This document shows positions 45,501-58,332 of a DNA stretch of 64,000 bases, in pieces. Within the stretch, counting starts at the first letter, position 1. Each line of letters begins with the position of its first letter. Under the pieces are notes generated by a model. The model saw nothing but the letters and a program-made list of their open reading frames with translations. It did no database searches and had not been told where the DNA came from. The stretch comes from Tubulanus polymorphus (lineage: Eukaryota > Animalia > Nemertea): positions 4,712,001 to 4,776,000 of the forward strand of contig NC_134031.1 of NCBI RefSeq assembly GCF_964204645.1, written 5' to 3'. The translations under genes were made by a program, and so were the position numbers.

Positions 45501-48500
45501 TCTTAACCCAATTATGCAGTTATTACCAAAATCTGAGTTCAGTAGTGTAAATGATAATAAATGCTCACAAAACTACCAGTTAACCAGATAAACGGTACCG
45601 ATTTAGGAGTCTACAGTAATTGGGATATAAAAGTGATGCAGATACTTTTTATCTTTCAGCGGATTTTTATCGGGAAACAATTCGCGACCGTTTAACGAAC
45701 ATTTCACTCCGGAGAAATGTTTAGAATCAGAGCTTCTGGCCTATCTGCTCGAATCATATGAGCGCGTTTACATCGAAGAACGAACTGCACCAAAGGTCAG
45801 TGAAATATTCTTACCGTTTGATAGGTTGTTTTTTGTTCAACGAGTCTTTGTTCATTGGCACATCAACTTCTACTTCTGCAGTCATTCTTATGTGTTAATT
45901 GATTGGATTCTTAGCAGATCAAGTCAGGGAAAATTGGCAGGGTTGAAAAATTGCAGTACTAACAATGATTTTATTAAATCTCTACGTTTTTAGAGAGCCA
46001 GTGCTCCACCTCTCAGTCAAGTGATGGCTGAAGCGAGATGTCAATGCGTTTCACACGCTACATTAGTTTTAAGAGGCTCATTTACACAACCGAGGTAAGA
46101 AACCAATTGAACATCGTATATTATGCAGTATAATTCATGAACGTTTAGTTTATATCTATGTCCTTTTTGTTCAGATCACCTGCTAAGCCGTCATTACTGC
46201 TGCCCTATATGCTAGCGCATAACTTGCCTAGAGGTTTCCTACAGGAACTTCTGAACTCTACTAGTCATGACCAGGAGGCATTTTCAGAGGTATTATTGCA
46301 CAACACATGTTTGTATTTTGATTCCTTTCAAATTGGGAGTATTCTGACCCAGAGACTTACAAAATGATTTTCTTTATACAAAAAAAAAGGATATTTAATC
46401 GTTTGATACGATTGAAAGCAGTAATAAGTGAGATGTTCTGTTGTAGGTGTTCACCCCTGTCATTCAGGGCCTCTTGCAACATATACGCCACCTGTCTTTC
46501 GATACCGATTCCTTCAAGCTGCCACTCGAAGTTCTGAGCGAGCTTTGTGAAATCAAATTGTGCGGAACGAACACGAGACCAATTTGTAATTTGGTAAGAA
46601 ATACCGATTTTGTAGCTCTACAACTTTGATTGTATCAGGGTCCCTGACTCCTTGATTCCCTAGAATTTGAAAATTTCTCCTTTAAAACTCCTTATATTTA
46701 GAAATTACTGGTTTATAGGAACCCTGATGACCCCTGTGACGGTGACGAATTTAAATCGATTTAACACTTGTTTCATGAAATATTTTGCACAGATTGTACA
46801 ACAGCCCAATTGGCTTCCTAAAGCTATGACGGCAGCTGAAGGAATGGAATTTGAAAAACTAACATTCCTAGGACCCTTCTTCAGCTTGTCTGTTTTCGCC
46901 GAAGATGATGTGAGTAGATCCATTCGGAATAACAATCGGAAAATACTTTTGATCAGTTGAAACAATTGGTACTTCTTGAATTGTTATATTTGAATATCCT
47001 TGAATATAAGTTCCGCGATCACGAAGGCAATAAGTAAAAAAGTCAAAATGTTAAGATCTATTTTGAAAACCCGAATTCCACTAAAAACCATGATCGAGGA
47101 ATGAATCAATTCTAATCGATTTTAACTTTTAGACTTATTAACTTTTCACCTTCGTGAATCTGGCACTTATACTGAACTCTTCATTCTCGACTTATCGTGA
47201 AGTTTTACCTTTACTTTAATACCCTCGTTTCAGACCAAAGTCGTCGATCGATTTTTCTCTGGCACACAAGTAACGACGGAAAGTGCCCGTATTATAAATC
47301 AGTCATTACAACACGCTATGGAGTATACCAGGGTAATTATCATTAACGCAATCAATATTTATTACTAGTAATCACCAACATCACCGTGAATTTCAATTGC
47401 CGGTATTGCAGTAGGGTACATGACCTACCCCTGAATATGGGTACTAGTATTGCCCAGTATCTCGGCAAACAGGGTGGCCACTGACTTGGAAAGAATCTAG
47501 AAAATATTAATAAATTTCACCCAAAAATCTGGAAAACTCAGGCATGTAGAATATGCTATTGACCACGCATTTCCTTATCCATAGAGGATTCATGAAAAAT
47601 TAATGAATTTTCACATTTTAAATGGAGAAATTTTTCTGATCCATTCGGAGAATATTGTGTAATCAGAAAAAAATCTTGGGAAAACTTGGGAAATTTGTGA
47701 ATGGGCTGAAAGTAGCCACCCTGGCTAACGCTTCAACAGTGAAAAAAACTGTAACGCTATCTAGCTTCGAGCTATAATTGTAATGCATATTTTTCAGGGC
47801 GAGCTGTATAAGATATTGCACGCGTTGCTCGTTTATGGTGAAACAAGAGAAAAAGCAATGGATTTCGTAAAAATGATGATTGAAACAAACAGCAAACGTT
47901 CGCAGTTACAGGTAAAGCATCTATTTCAACCCCTGTCACAATGAAATCTATGGCAAATCAATATGAGATGAAGAATTTGTATTTTCTCTCGCGCGCAGAG
48001 TGATGAAAGATTGGTCGCCGGTGAAGGATTCATGTTGAATTTCTTGGCCGTTTTACAAAAACTATCCGTCAGAATCAACCTGGACAAAGTCGATCCGATG
48101 TACCCGCATCACCCGAAATCACGCGTGACAATTAAAGAGGAAAGTCGTTTGAAAGCCAGTCCGCAGGAAGTGAGTGACTGGATCGCTGAACTCGGTACGA
48201 TATGTTTACTTTCTCACAAAAACGTTCTTGCTATTCAATGCATAATACATGATAGATTAATTCGGTAATTCGATATAGCATAGCTGCCAACTGTTCCTGA
48301 TTTTCAGTATTTGTTTCTATTTTGTAATGATGAATACTGATTTGATTTGCTTGATGCGTACAGAAATAGAAAAGATGTTACGTTACATGATGGATTAAGT
48401 TGATGATTTAGGAACAGTTTTTGGACAATCTTTTTCAAACCGCTATAAGTGATTTGTAGCAAGTCTATGTAGTGGTTCTTTCTGGAAAATTTTGTTAAGG

Positions 48501-51500
48501 CTCCCTGATTTATTGATTTATTCTTATTTTTCACACAAATGTCAATAACTGCTGATAAGTGCTACTGTATAGCTTTTAATCTGAGAAATTTTTGTCACAG
48601 CAGTCCTAATCGTGATACTAAGTGTTGATCAAATAATCACTCCCTAAATTATTGATTTATTGTCGCTTATAGAAAAGAATGCCAGTTTTAAATGGTCAGA
48701 CCCTCGCTTCCCGACCGAGTGCTTCTTCCTGACGTTGCAGTGCCATCACCTATCAGTCGTGCCGGTGATGAGGAAATATCAGCGTCGATTGCGCGCGATC
48801 CGCGATCTCAGTCGTATGGTCGAAGAGATGCAGCAGGGCGAGAGTCAATGGAAGAATTTGCCGGTCGCCAGTAGAAACCGCGATTTACTGAAACGCTGGA
48901 AATCTCAGGTTAAGGTACGATACGCGATGGAAGATACTCGGTTCTCCTTCAAACTGAAAATACTCCTTCAAATATCATATTATACATGCTATGCATGAAA
49001 CTGAGTATTCAGGTGGTTTTTTCAATGCATCAATTCAACAGCTTCTTATATTCACGATTGATAGAACTCTATATCCGTGTTGACGCGATGTAGAGAGAAT
49101 CCCACAATTATAACGAAAAAGTCCGAAAATGTATTTTTCTGCATTTTTTCACAGCGCCTTCAAAAAGGCAAACTATGCGCGGATGCAGGTTTAATGGACG
49201 AGCAGCAACTCAGTCGATGTCTTCAGTTTTACAGCTCCACAACTCAGGTTTTACTGAAAATTATCTCACCAAATGGGTAAGACTCATCGCAGCGCGAACA
49301 AAGAGATGTCGCGTATTTCTCGTGTAATGCTCTATGCCTGATCTCGTTCCAGACCAACTTTACCTCTGCCAGAGGAAATACCAATGGCATTCAGCGCTCT
49401 GCCGGAATTTTATATCGATGATCTGGCAGATTTTCTTCTATTTGTCGTGCAGTAAGTTTTCAAAATTTTAAGTCTGTACTAATTATGAATTATGCTTACG
49501 TAATTTTGGGCCAGGGACACCTGAGTGAACACACTCACAAATCTGCAAGACTTTAAACAGTCTCCTTGCCATAAACTCCTTCAATTTTGAGAAAAAACCA
49601 TCAGGAATTTTTGTCTAGCTTATTGTTGTACAGTAAACTACGCCTAAATCGCAACAGATGGGAACAGGATTTGTTTTTACCCAATTAGGCGGTTACCGAA
49701 TTTGAAACTGAGTTACGTAGTCTATAGGAAAAGAGTTTGCTTACAAAACCACAGAATTAATAGTTTACTGCGATGAACAGTACTGATTTAGGAGGAATCT
49801 ACAGGAGGGATATGAAAGTGATGCAGACACTTCCTTGAAATTTGTAATTTTCTCCTTTGAAACCCCTTGAAAACTGACTTATATTTTGTATGTTACGCGT
49901 TTCAGATTCACGCCGGCAGTCCTTGAAGATGCCAGTATGCAGCATATTATCACGTTTCTCATAATGATGATCTGCAGCTATCATTATATCGGCAATCCTT
50001 ATCTGGCAGCTAAACTCATCGAAGTGATGTTTGTACTGAATCCATTCGTGCAGCCGAGAACAGAACACTTACATGAAATGATTCTAACACATCCGTTGGC
50101 CTTAGAACACCTTGTGCCTGCTTTAGTTTGTTTCTATACAGGTATGTCATTTGGGACGTCTGGGTCCAGTTCCACGGTTCGGAGTTAAGATTTGACCCTG
50201 AGTTAACTCGTTGAAAATGAACTAATTTTAACTCAGAGTTAACTCTAACTCACAACTGTGGAACTGGGTCCTGCTCTCCTTCAGGCAGTTATATATAGTT
50301 ACCGGTTAAGTTTGACTGAATGGAGTAAAAATTGGTACATTTCAAATGTTTTGATCTTGAAATATGGATCATCCCTCAAATTTAATAGGTAGATTTTATT
50401 TTAATTTGTTTCTATTTGGCGTCCCTTACAAACCCACCACACTTGTCGCAGCTAAACAGCGGGTTTGATTTTTCAGTACAGAAATAGTTATGCGATCCAC
50501 GGTCGAATTTACAGAATTTCCACATTTTTTAGTCAAATCTTAAACCGAGCACTATGGAACTGGGCTCTGTTCTTCTGTAAAAAAGACTTCAATTGAAATT
50601 GTTGAAGCCCCATTAACTGAGAATTTTGTATTTCAGTTATTGAAACGACTGGTGCCAGCAGTGAATTCTATGATAAGTTCACTATTCGCTATCATATAAG
50701 TATCATATTCAAAGCAATATGGGAATGTTTACCACACAGGATGAATTTCATTACACAGGCTAAGTAAGTGTTTATGGTCGACTACTGTTTTCTCCATGGC
50801 AAATGGGGGTAATTCAGTGAATTTAATTGAAGGGGCTTTTACAGCCCTTAACCCTTTCAGTGCATCTACACCGCAGTGCGGTGTATGAATCGGTGATGGA
50901 TTTTGCTAGTACACTGCACTGTGGCGTATTGATGTAGGTAGTAATTCGTTTTTATCTCTATTGAAAGATGGCAGCACCTGTCAAACATAGTGAAATATTA
51001 GTAACTAACGATATACTGCGCCAGGGTGTAGATGCACTATAGTGCTATTCCCGTTATTCAACACACTAGGGTGGAATTTTTCAAAATTTTCAAATTATCT
51101 CCAGCACTATAGGGTATTGATTAGTCAGCACTGAAAGGGTTAATAGAAATAACTTGTCATGTATCAGATAATTAGGTGGTTTATAAGCTGTAGAGGCTAT
51201 TTCCACAGGACGTACCAATTTCTTTGCAGAACGTTAATTCGATGCTCCTTAGTTTACTTGCAATGATCCTTCAAACGTGACCCTGTTTTCTGAAATTTCA
51301 GTTCCTCGAATAAAGACTTCGTAAAGTTTGTGAACATGTTGATGAATGACACGACGTTTCTGTTGGATGAAAGCCTCGATTGTTTGAAGAGAATACACGA
51401 AATTCAAGACACGTTGGAAAACACCGAGGAGTGGGAAAAACTTTCAAGAGTAAGTGTCATTCGTTTAACAGGTGAACGATCTGAGAAGAGATTTGTTGTG

Positions 51501-54214
51501 AGTTTACTTTTTTGGAAAAATTTGTGAAGGCCCTGATTTGTGCTTTTCACAAAATTGTCAATGAGTGCTGAAAAGTGCTTATTTTTGACTTGCGATCCAT
51601 CTGAAAAAATGTTTGTCACAGCGTTCATAATTCTGATTCTAGCTGTTGCCAAGCATCTTTACTTATAGGTAATTAATGTGTCCTAGTGCATGAATGATAT
51701 ATGTGATAGGTCCATAGATTATTGTTACGATTCAAAAAAGCATGATGAGCAGTTGCATCATGTCTATCATGGGCGCAACTCTTTTATCCACACCTCAAGT
51801 GCTGAGAAGTGCTTTCTTTCACGTAAGAGTTCCTGCTACCAACTGTTGAGTCAATTATCATAGGTCTCAATGGGTTTAACTGACGTATAATGGAATTTTT
51901 ACAGAATTTTCGTGATTCAGTGATGTTTCATTTCATATTGTTTAGGAACAGCAGCAGAGTCGCCAGCGACAGCTTTCTACCGACGAAAGACAGTGTCGAT
52001 CGTATTTAACACTCGCGTCAGAAACGGTAGAAATGTTCGATTATCTAACGGAACGCATTAAGAAGCCATTCCTTATTCCGGTGAGTTAGTGTTTATTGGA
52101 CGCAGTTTACAGTTGTCAGTTATGTCGAGATCAAAAGATTTTTCGATTATTTGATGCTTAAAACGAAGTTCAAGAATCGGAAAAGCGCATCATTATTTAT
52201 TTGTTAAGATGTAAAGAGACTTCTCCCTGTGGCCACAATCACTAAGTTTTGATTTGAAATCCTCTAAATACAGTCGACTCCATTTGCCTTGGATCTCTTG
52301 GGACCAATAAATTTACTCGGAGTCGAGTGAATTCTGGGGGAGTCAGGGCCACATCGCATGAATTTTGTTAGGAAGATTTTTGCTGTGCATGTGATAATCT
52401 AAGACTATCGCAACCGTAGCAAGCGGAGACGACTGTTTGTTATTTCGCGGTTTATTTCGTCACATTAAAACAAAGCTCGTCGTGTTCATCTTGCAGGGTC
52501 TGGCCGAACGTCTAGCCGCGATGTTGAACTTCAATTTGCAACAGTTGTGCGGGTCGAAGTGCAAAAACTTGAAGGTCAAAAACCCGGAAAAGTACGGCTG
52601 GGAGCCGCGCAAATTGCTCAACCAACTGACGAACATATACCTACATTTAGACTGTGATGACTTCGCGAAGGCGATCGCGAACGACGAACGATCGTACCGG
52701 AAGGCGTTATTCGACGACGCCATTTCGCGTATGGTGAAAGCTAACATTAAAACCGAAAGCGAAATCGCGCAATTCCGTAAACTGCAGGAAACGGTCGAAG
52801 ATCTCGTCGTCAAGAAAGCGAAAATGGAACGCGATTACGGCGAAGTTCCCGACGAATTCAAAGGTTGGTTTTTTTTTTTAAAGAAAGCTGCCGATGACTT
52901 CTTATTTTATGAATCGAGGGTGGCCACTCACCTAGAAATCGGAGAATTTTCTTTTCTTTTAAAAAGTCAGAGAATAGTCAGGGAATTTTGTAAAAAAGCT
53001 AAGAATCAGGTAAAAGTCTGGGGAAATATGTTGAGATAGTTATATCATGCGTAAAATGAAACAGATTCCATCTATATGACTGTGTTCATTGATTGGATCC
53101 TTAGCAGAAGTCAAGGAAAACAACATGCATTTCATGGAATAGTCAGGGGAAAAGCGAGTCAAATAAAAGTGGCCACCTTATCTTCAACAAATGAGATTAA
53201 ATCTGAGCATTTCGTGAAATAATACTGTCAACATTGCTCAAAATTTTGGATGATTTCAAAGCATTGGGGGTGAATAGGAAGTTAGCAAATTCAACTAAGC
53301 ATTAATAGAGATCTCTTAGCAAGGTTGTATCCGAGTTCAGTGAAGTTTTCCGTATGGTATTTGTTCTTGCACTCGATTGAACCGACCCTGACAGCTTGAA
53401 TAAGGTTTCACCAATTGCATTAAAATAACAACACTCGATATCCAGGCGTTAATCAGAATTTCTGTGTACGATTTCCTTGTTGTAGATCCTTTGATGGATA
53501 CTCTAATGAGAGAACCCGTATTACTGCCTACTAGCGGTAACATAATGGATCGTCCGATCATCATGAGACATCTACTGAATTCGCAGACGGATCCATTCAG
53601 TCGCCAACCGTTAAAAGAGGAAGATCTTCAACCAGGTATCTATTACAAATATCAGATCGGGACCCTGTCCAGGTTCGGATTTTTAATCAGCTCTCGCGAT
53701 TGGAAATGAATTATTTCTAACGCTTAAGTGTCGAACTGGTTTTGGTTTTTCAGACCAGTTCTTACTTAAAACCTGGTGTTACCCCATTTGACCTAACAGT
53801 TAACCTTGACTGAAAACTGGTCTATAAGGCTAAAGAAAATGATACCTTTTTTCTCCTAATCGGCTGGGTCATTTTCTGAACTGCAATAAAGTTTGTAATT
53901 AGTTCATTTCTATAACTGCCGGGTCTGTTATGGCTAACTTGATCATGACTTAAAAATAAGTAATGTACAGGGGAGATAGGCGGCCGAATAGGAGGCCGGG
54001 TCAAATTCTAAGCTCAGCAGAAATGAGAAACAAGGTATCAATTCTTTTTAGCTTTATAAACCCTTATATGAGAGCCAGTGTGCTAGAACTATATAATGAG
54101 CAGTTCTCGTTTCCATTCTGCCTGTAACGATTCTGATTTCTTGTCTCGTTTTTTCTAGTTCCAGAGTTGAAGGCAAAAATCGAAGCTTGGGTGAAAGAAA
54201 AGGAAACGTCTTGA
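42571..54214 (+). CDS. UBE4B: Ubiquitin conjugation factor E4 B (Ufd2 core + U-box), multi-exon
   Basis: Starts MSELTPDE|IRRRRLARL. Contains [83 protein letters not shown] and [16 protein letters not shown], then the U-box [13 protein letters not shown]...[14 protein letters not shown]. Ends [17 protein letters not shown]. Confidence 0.97.
43800..43972. mobile_element. Fold-back element with a decayed hammerhead core (UBE4B intron 2)
   Basis: Minus strand 43882-43861 reads CTGATGA-T-GAC(gtta)GTC-aAAA. Imperfect inverted arms are present. Confidence 0.45.
47470..47722. mobile_element. hAT-like MITE with CAGGGTGGCCAC termini (other copies ~11585-11825, 13137-13429, 33137-33322, 52917-53178)
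   Basis: TIR CAGGGTGGCCACT / AGTAGCCACCCTG, with a shared internal sequence across introns. Confidence 0.65.
49053..49132 (-). mobile_element. 5'-truncated copy of the family-B element (3' end only)
   Basis: The reverse complement matches 42157-42238 (CATTTTCGGACTTTTT...GTGGGATTCTCT...CATCGCGTCAACACG...AATCGTGA). Confidence 0.7.
50852..51139. mobile_element. piggyBac-like MITE with TTAA TSD
   Basis: TTAA-CCCTTTCAGTGC ... GCACTGAAAGGG-TTAA. Confidence 0.8.
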
Positions 54215-55225
54215 ATACCCGTGCATTTAGACATCGTATCATTTTCACTTAATACTTATATCTACATTATTTATTATTTACGATTCTTGTGTCGTTTTGC
54301 TTTAATTTTTCCTGATTGAAATAGAAATTGTCTCCTCTTTTTGTCTGATGATAATGTAAAAAAACCTATAAATGTCCTTCATTCTTTTCTTAGAAAACTT
54401 GAGAAAAATTTTCACAGATTTGCTGTATTTATTTTTCTGTGTGAATTTTCTACATAGAATAAGACTAGATATGGGCTGTCTTAGAGCCAAACATTTTTTA
54501 CTCTGCCCAACTCATTCAAATTTGAACTGAGAAAGCGCCATTTGCTAGGGCCGTATTTAGCAGGAAGGCAGTTGCACCCCTAGAAATTTTGGGAAAGTGC
54601 CCTTTTTGCAAGTATAATTGTCATATCCGATAGAACTGCCCCTTTTCGGATTTCTCCCCCCCCCCCTAAAATTAAAGTGCTAGTTACGGCCCTGGTTGCG
54701 ATTATTTTTTGTGTCGGAATTGAAAAGGAACTAGTTTTTTTAATCCTCGATTGAGTCAACTGTGGAATTGAATCACACTCATCAAAAGAGTCTTCATTCC
54801 GCCGGTCTTAACCTGAATTTGATTTATGCGCAAGCGTTAAAGGAATGGGTTATTTTTTCGATCTGGCAGGAATTTAACTTACAAATTCCTCCTGAGATTT
54901 CGCTACATGTATTTTTCTCTAAGCTACAGTTTTATCAATCTCATTGGCTCATAGAAATCGGTACAATTACTGAAGTGTTCAACTAGATACATAGTTCAGG
55001 AGCCAGTTTTATAGATCAGTTTTAACTTTGAAACGCCTGCGGCCAGTTGGACAGTCATGCCTTAGATTTAAAACCAGTCTAAGAACATCGCCAATCTAAC
55101 AAGTTAAGAACAGTCTTAAAGATTTAAGACACTGTTGGCCTTAAGTCACAACTGTGCAACTGTACCCTACAGCCAGTTGCTCAAAAGTTGGGTTAACCAG
55201 TGGATATTTGACATAGTGACAATTA

Positions 55226-55487
55226 GCAAGCCAGGTTGGACAAGACACCCCAGGCAAGACACTTATCCTCATTGCCTCTCTCGACCCAGGAGTAAATAGG
55301 TACCTGGTCTGATTGACTCCTGAGCGCCTAGCGGCTGCTCGGATGTTACTTCTCCCCAGGGAGAGATGACAGATACATGGAATAGAGTTATAGGCTGGGG
55401 GTTATAATACCAATTTAATGGAAAGCGCTGTTGAACATGGTGTCACAGTTAAAAGGGCGTTATTGAAATTGAATAGCTATTACTATT
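55226..55487 (+). mobile_element. 5'-truncated SINE (core-like domain, L2-like tail) nested in a MITE (~55172-55552)
   Basis: Core GGCAAGACACTTATCCTCATTGCCTCTCTCGACCCAGGAGTAAATAGGTACC, then an AAAGCGCT...AAAGGGCGTTAT tail and a short CTATTA repeat. A direct repeat ACAATTA lies at 55219-55225 and 55488-55494. Confidence 0.65.
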
Positions 55488-56357
55488 ACAATTAAAAGTT
55501 CATTGTTACTATATCCACCGGTTATCTTTAACCAGCTTTTGAGCAACTGGGCCCAGTTTAATCGATGGTCACTTGATATTATCCGTGGGTATGTATGGAA
55601 ACTGATCTTTAAAACCGGGACTAACTGTTGATAATTCTGTTGTAAATCATCATTATCAGAATGTCGTCTATTTTTCACAACCATCCATGAATGAAAAACG
55701 TATTTATGACGAATTGTAAATATATATACATATGAATATTAGTATCGTAGAATGTATGCACTGATTGTGAGTGGAATAAGATGAAAAAATAAATCAACAA
55801 TATTGTATGTGATATCGTAGCGTATTTTTGGTTTACCTTTGTCAGCGATATGATGTTGGCATTGAGCCAATTCATGTAAAATCGCGGTACGTTTTTTTAT
55901 GTGAGCATTTGTTTCATTGGTTCTTGGCTTAAAAGACGTATAATCGATGCGATTGAAGACATGGCGAACCTCCGTCGATGACATGGTCAACTGAGTTAAA
56001 ATTCTACGAAAAACTGTTTTTGGCGGGAAAATTCTTAGCTCTCGCGTATAAAATTGCAATGACCTCGATTGGGGGGGGCGTTGTCTCTACGAACAAATGG
56101 GATTGTTTTTTGGATATACGGGGAATTCCGGCGCTACTAAAATTATGGGAAAGCCATAGAATGGTGTACGTTTCATTGGACTAGGTGCCGTATACGTGCC
56201 GATTTCAAATGCTCATTGCTGGTGAGGATGTAATTATTTCACTCATCTGCCATAGGTATTGTTTCATTTTAATACCCGGTGATTGTTTTGATTGACATTG
56301 AGGTGTAAGCGAATATTCACTTACACGAGGCCTCCACATGCACGCGGAGTGCTACAC

Positions 56358-56381
56358 CACACACACACACACACACACACA
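56358..56381. repeat. (CA)n microsatellite
   Basis: About 12 CA units. Confidence 0.95.
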
Positions 56382-56705
56382 AGCTCGTACAGTACACTAC
56401 GGTGATGCTGTAACGCGTGAACGTTTGATATGAAAATAGGCTGAATAATCATAGCAGAAGATGAGCGCTGTGTTTTCTGTTCGATAGAATTTGTAATAAA
56501 TTGTAATTTCTTGTGACCTGAAAATACTAAGCAGCAAACTAAAAGGTCTGTCGAGGTCTGAATATTGTAGTGGTAAATTCCAGGACTTAAAACGATCTAA
56601 TAGCCGATTTCTTCTGTACCACCGATATTTTAGCTTCCGTGGCCAACATTGGAAGAGGTTTCCAAGACCCAATATTCAGCCACCCTCTGATATGTGATGA
56701 ATTTT

Positions 56706-57277
56706 AGGCCATCCCAAAATAATGGTCTGTTTGCCGTAACCCGACCAACCTGACTTCAGAGGTACCGAGTGAAAACTTTTTTCTAGGATTCATTGAAATA
56801 AATTTTATTTTTGATAAAAACAGCCGACCGACTATGAGCTACGTATGTTTGAATTCTAGTGTGCATGGTGTGAAAACATGCCTTGACATGTGGCCTAGTT
56901 TAAGTTTCCAGGAAACTGGCAGTGTTCCAATAAGCTGCCATTCATTCTAATAGTGACTAAATTGACTGAATAGCTGGTAACGTGAAAGCGCGCACATATT
57001 CAATGTACCGTTTCATTTTTAAGACAGAGATGACGCTCTGGACGAAGTTATAATTTTAGAATAATTCTTGAAATCTACGCTATTAGACAAATTTCCTGTG
57101 CGCAACGTAGATGATTTTTTGCGATATTGTTTCCATGTAAAAAAGCCCAAAGGTGAAAAATTTGTTTTTTTTTTTTGCCCAAAAATTTTGCAAAAAAAAA
57201 ATTCTACCTACCTACCGACTCATCCTGAAAAGTTGAGTCGGTGTTGCAGCAAACAGACAATTATTTTGGGATGGCCT
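56706..57277. mobile_element. MITE with ~40-bp TIRs
   Basis: AGGCCATCCCAAAATAATGGTCTGTTTGC / GCAAACAGACAATTATTTTGGGATGGCCT. Confidence 0.75.
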
Positions 57278-57859
57278 TATTTGAATATTTTTTCATATCA
57301 TATTAAACATATTTTTTTGAAAATATAAAATAGTTTCCCTGCCGTGCCTACCTGTACCCTACAAACTTTTAGACGTGGACCGCAAACAAATGTATATCTT
57401 TGGTCTTATTTGACTACAAAATAATTCTTTAGGAAAGATAAAATACAATATAAACTGTGGATCTTTGAAGTCACGAATTAAAAAGATTTTTCAAGCAATG
57501 CCCTTACTCCAAACAACCTCTAGCTTTCAAGGTAAACCACACTTTGCCCATGGGCAATTTATTTTGTATTCATTTCGATGGTTGTTATTATGCGCGACCC
57601 ACGTACAGTGTCCCTTCGTCGTTTCTTCACATCATCGCAAGTGCTGGATTGGCGCAAAATGTTTTGGATTCGAGGACAAGACCCACAATTCGACCGATAT
57701 GTTTTTGGCCATAGAGGAACATCTTATTACTGAGTAAAAACTAATGTTTGATTAAGGCAGTATATTATTATATATCATTTTGGCGAGATATTGGGGACAG
57801 GGGTTCATTTCAGTTGGAATCTAAAAGGTGGATTATGAAAATTTAGTTTAGACTATTAT

Positions 57860-58332
57860 AAAAAGTCATTCGCCCTCTGACACCACCCGGCGTTCCCAAA
57901 ACAACTAGGGATATCCACGTGATTTGTAACACGGTATTTGGCGTGACCGTGTGCAATTAAGTAGTGTCGCAAGAGCTCCCATCAAACTCGGACAAACCAT
58001 AATGGACTCTGAAACCAGTTTCTTCAGAGTTCATGGACAAACATTGGAACCGGAGAGACGATCTCGTTGCAGCGGGCATTTGCATATATTACAAAGATAT
58101 GCGATACTCGCAAGAATATTGATTATGTGAATCTAACAAAACAAGCGAAAAGAACTAGTGTAAAAACTATTAAAGACAGAAAAATGAAGTCTTGTCTAAA
58201 AAACGTGCTTTTTAGGGCATCGGCCTCTTCTATGGCTTGTCGATGTCCTCTCTATGCATTGATTGCCATTATAATGTTTAGATTAATTATATGTAACTTA
58301 TTATGCTTAGATAAATAAAGATTATTATCATT
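57860..58332 (+). mobile_element. Possible degenerate LINE 3' end
   Basis: A coding-like but broken stretch ends in AATAAAGATTATTATCATT, a LINE-style tail. Confidence 0.3.

Noticed and set aside
51736-51815. Intronic C/D snoRNA (ATGATGA...CTGA) in UBE4B
   Set aside because: I could not recognise an rRNA or snRNA guide, and the terminal stem is offset; snoscan would be needed.
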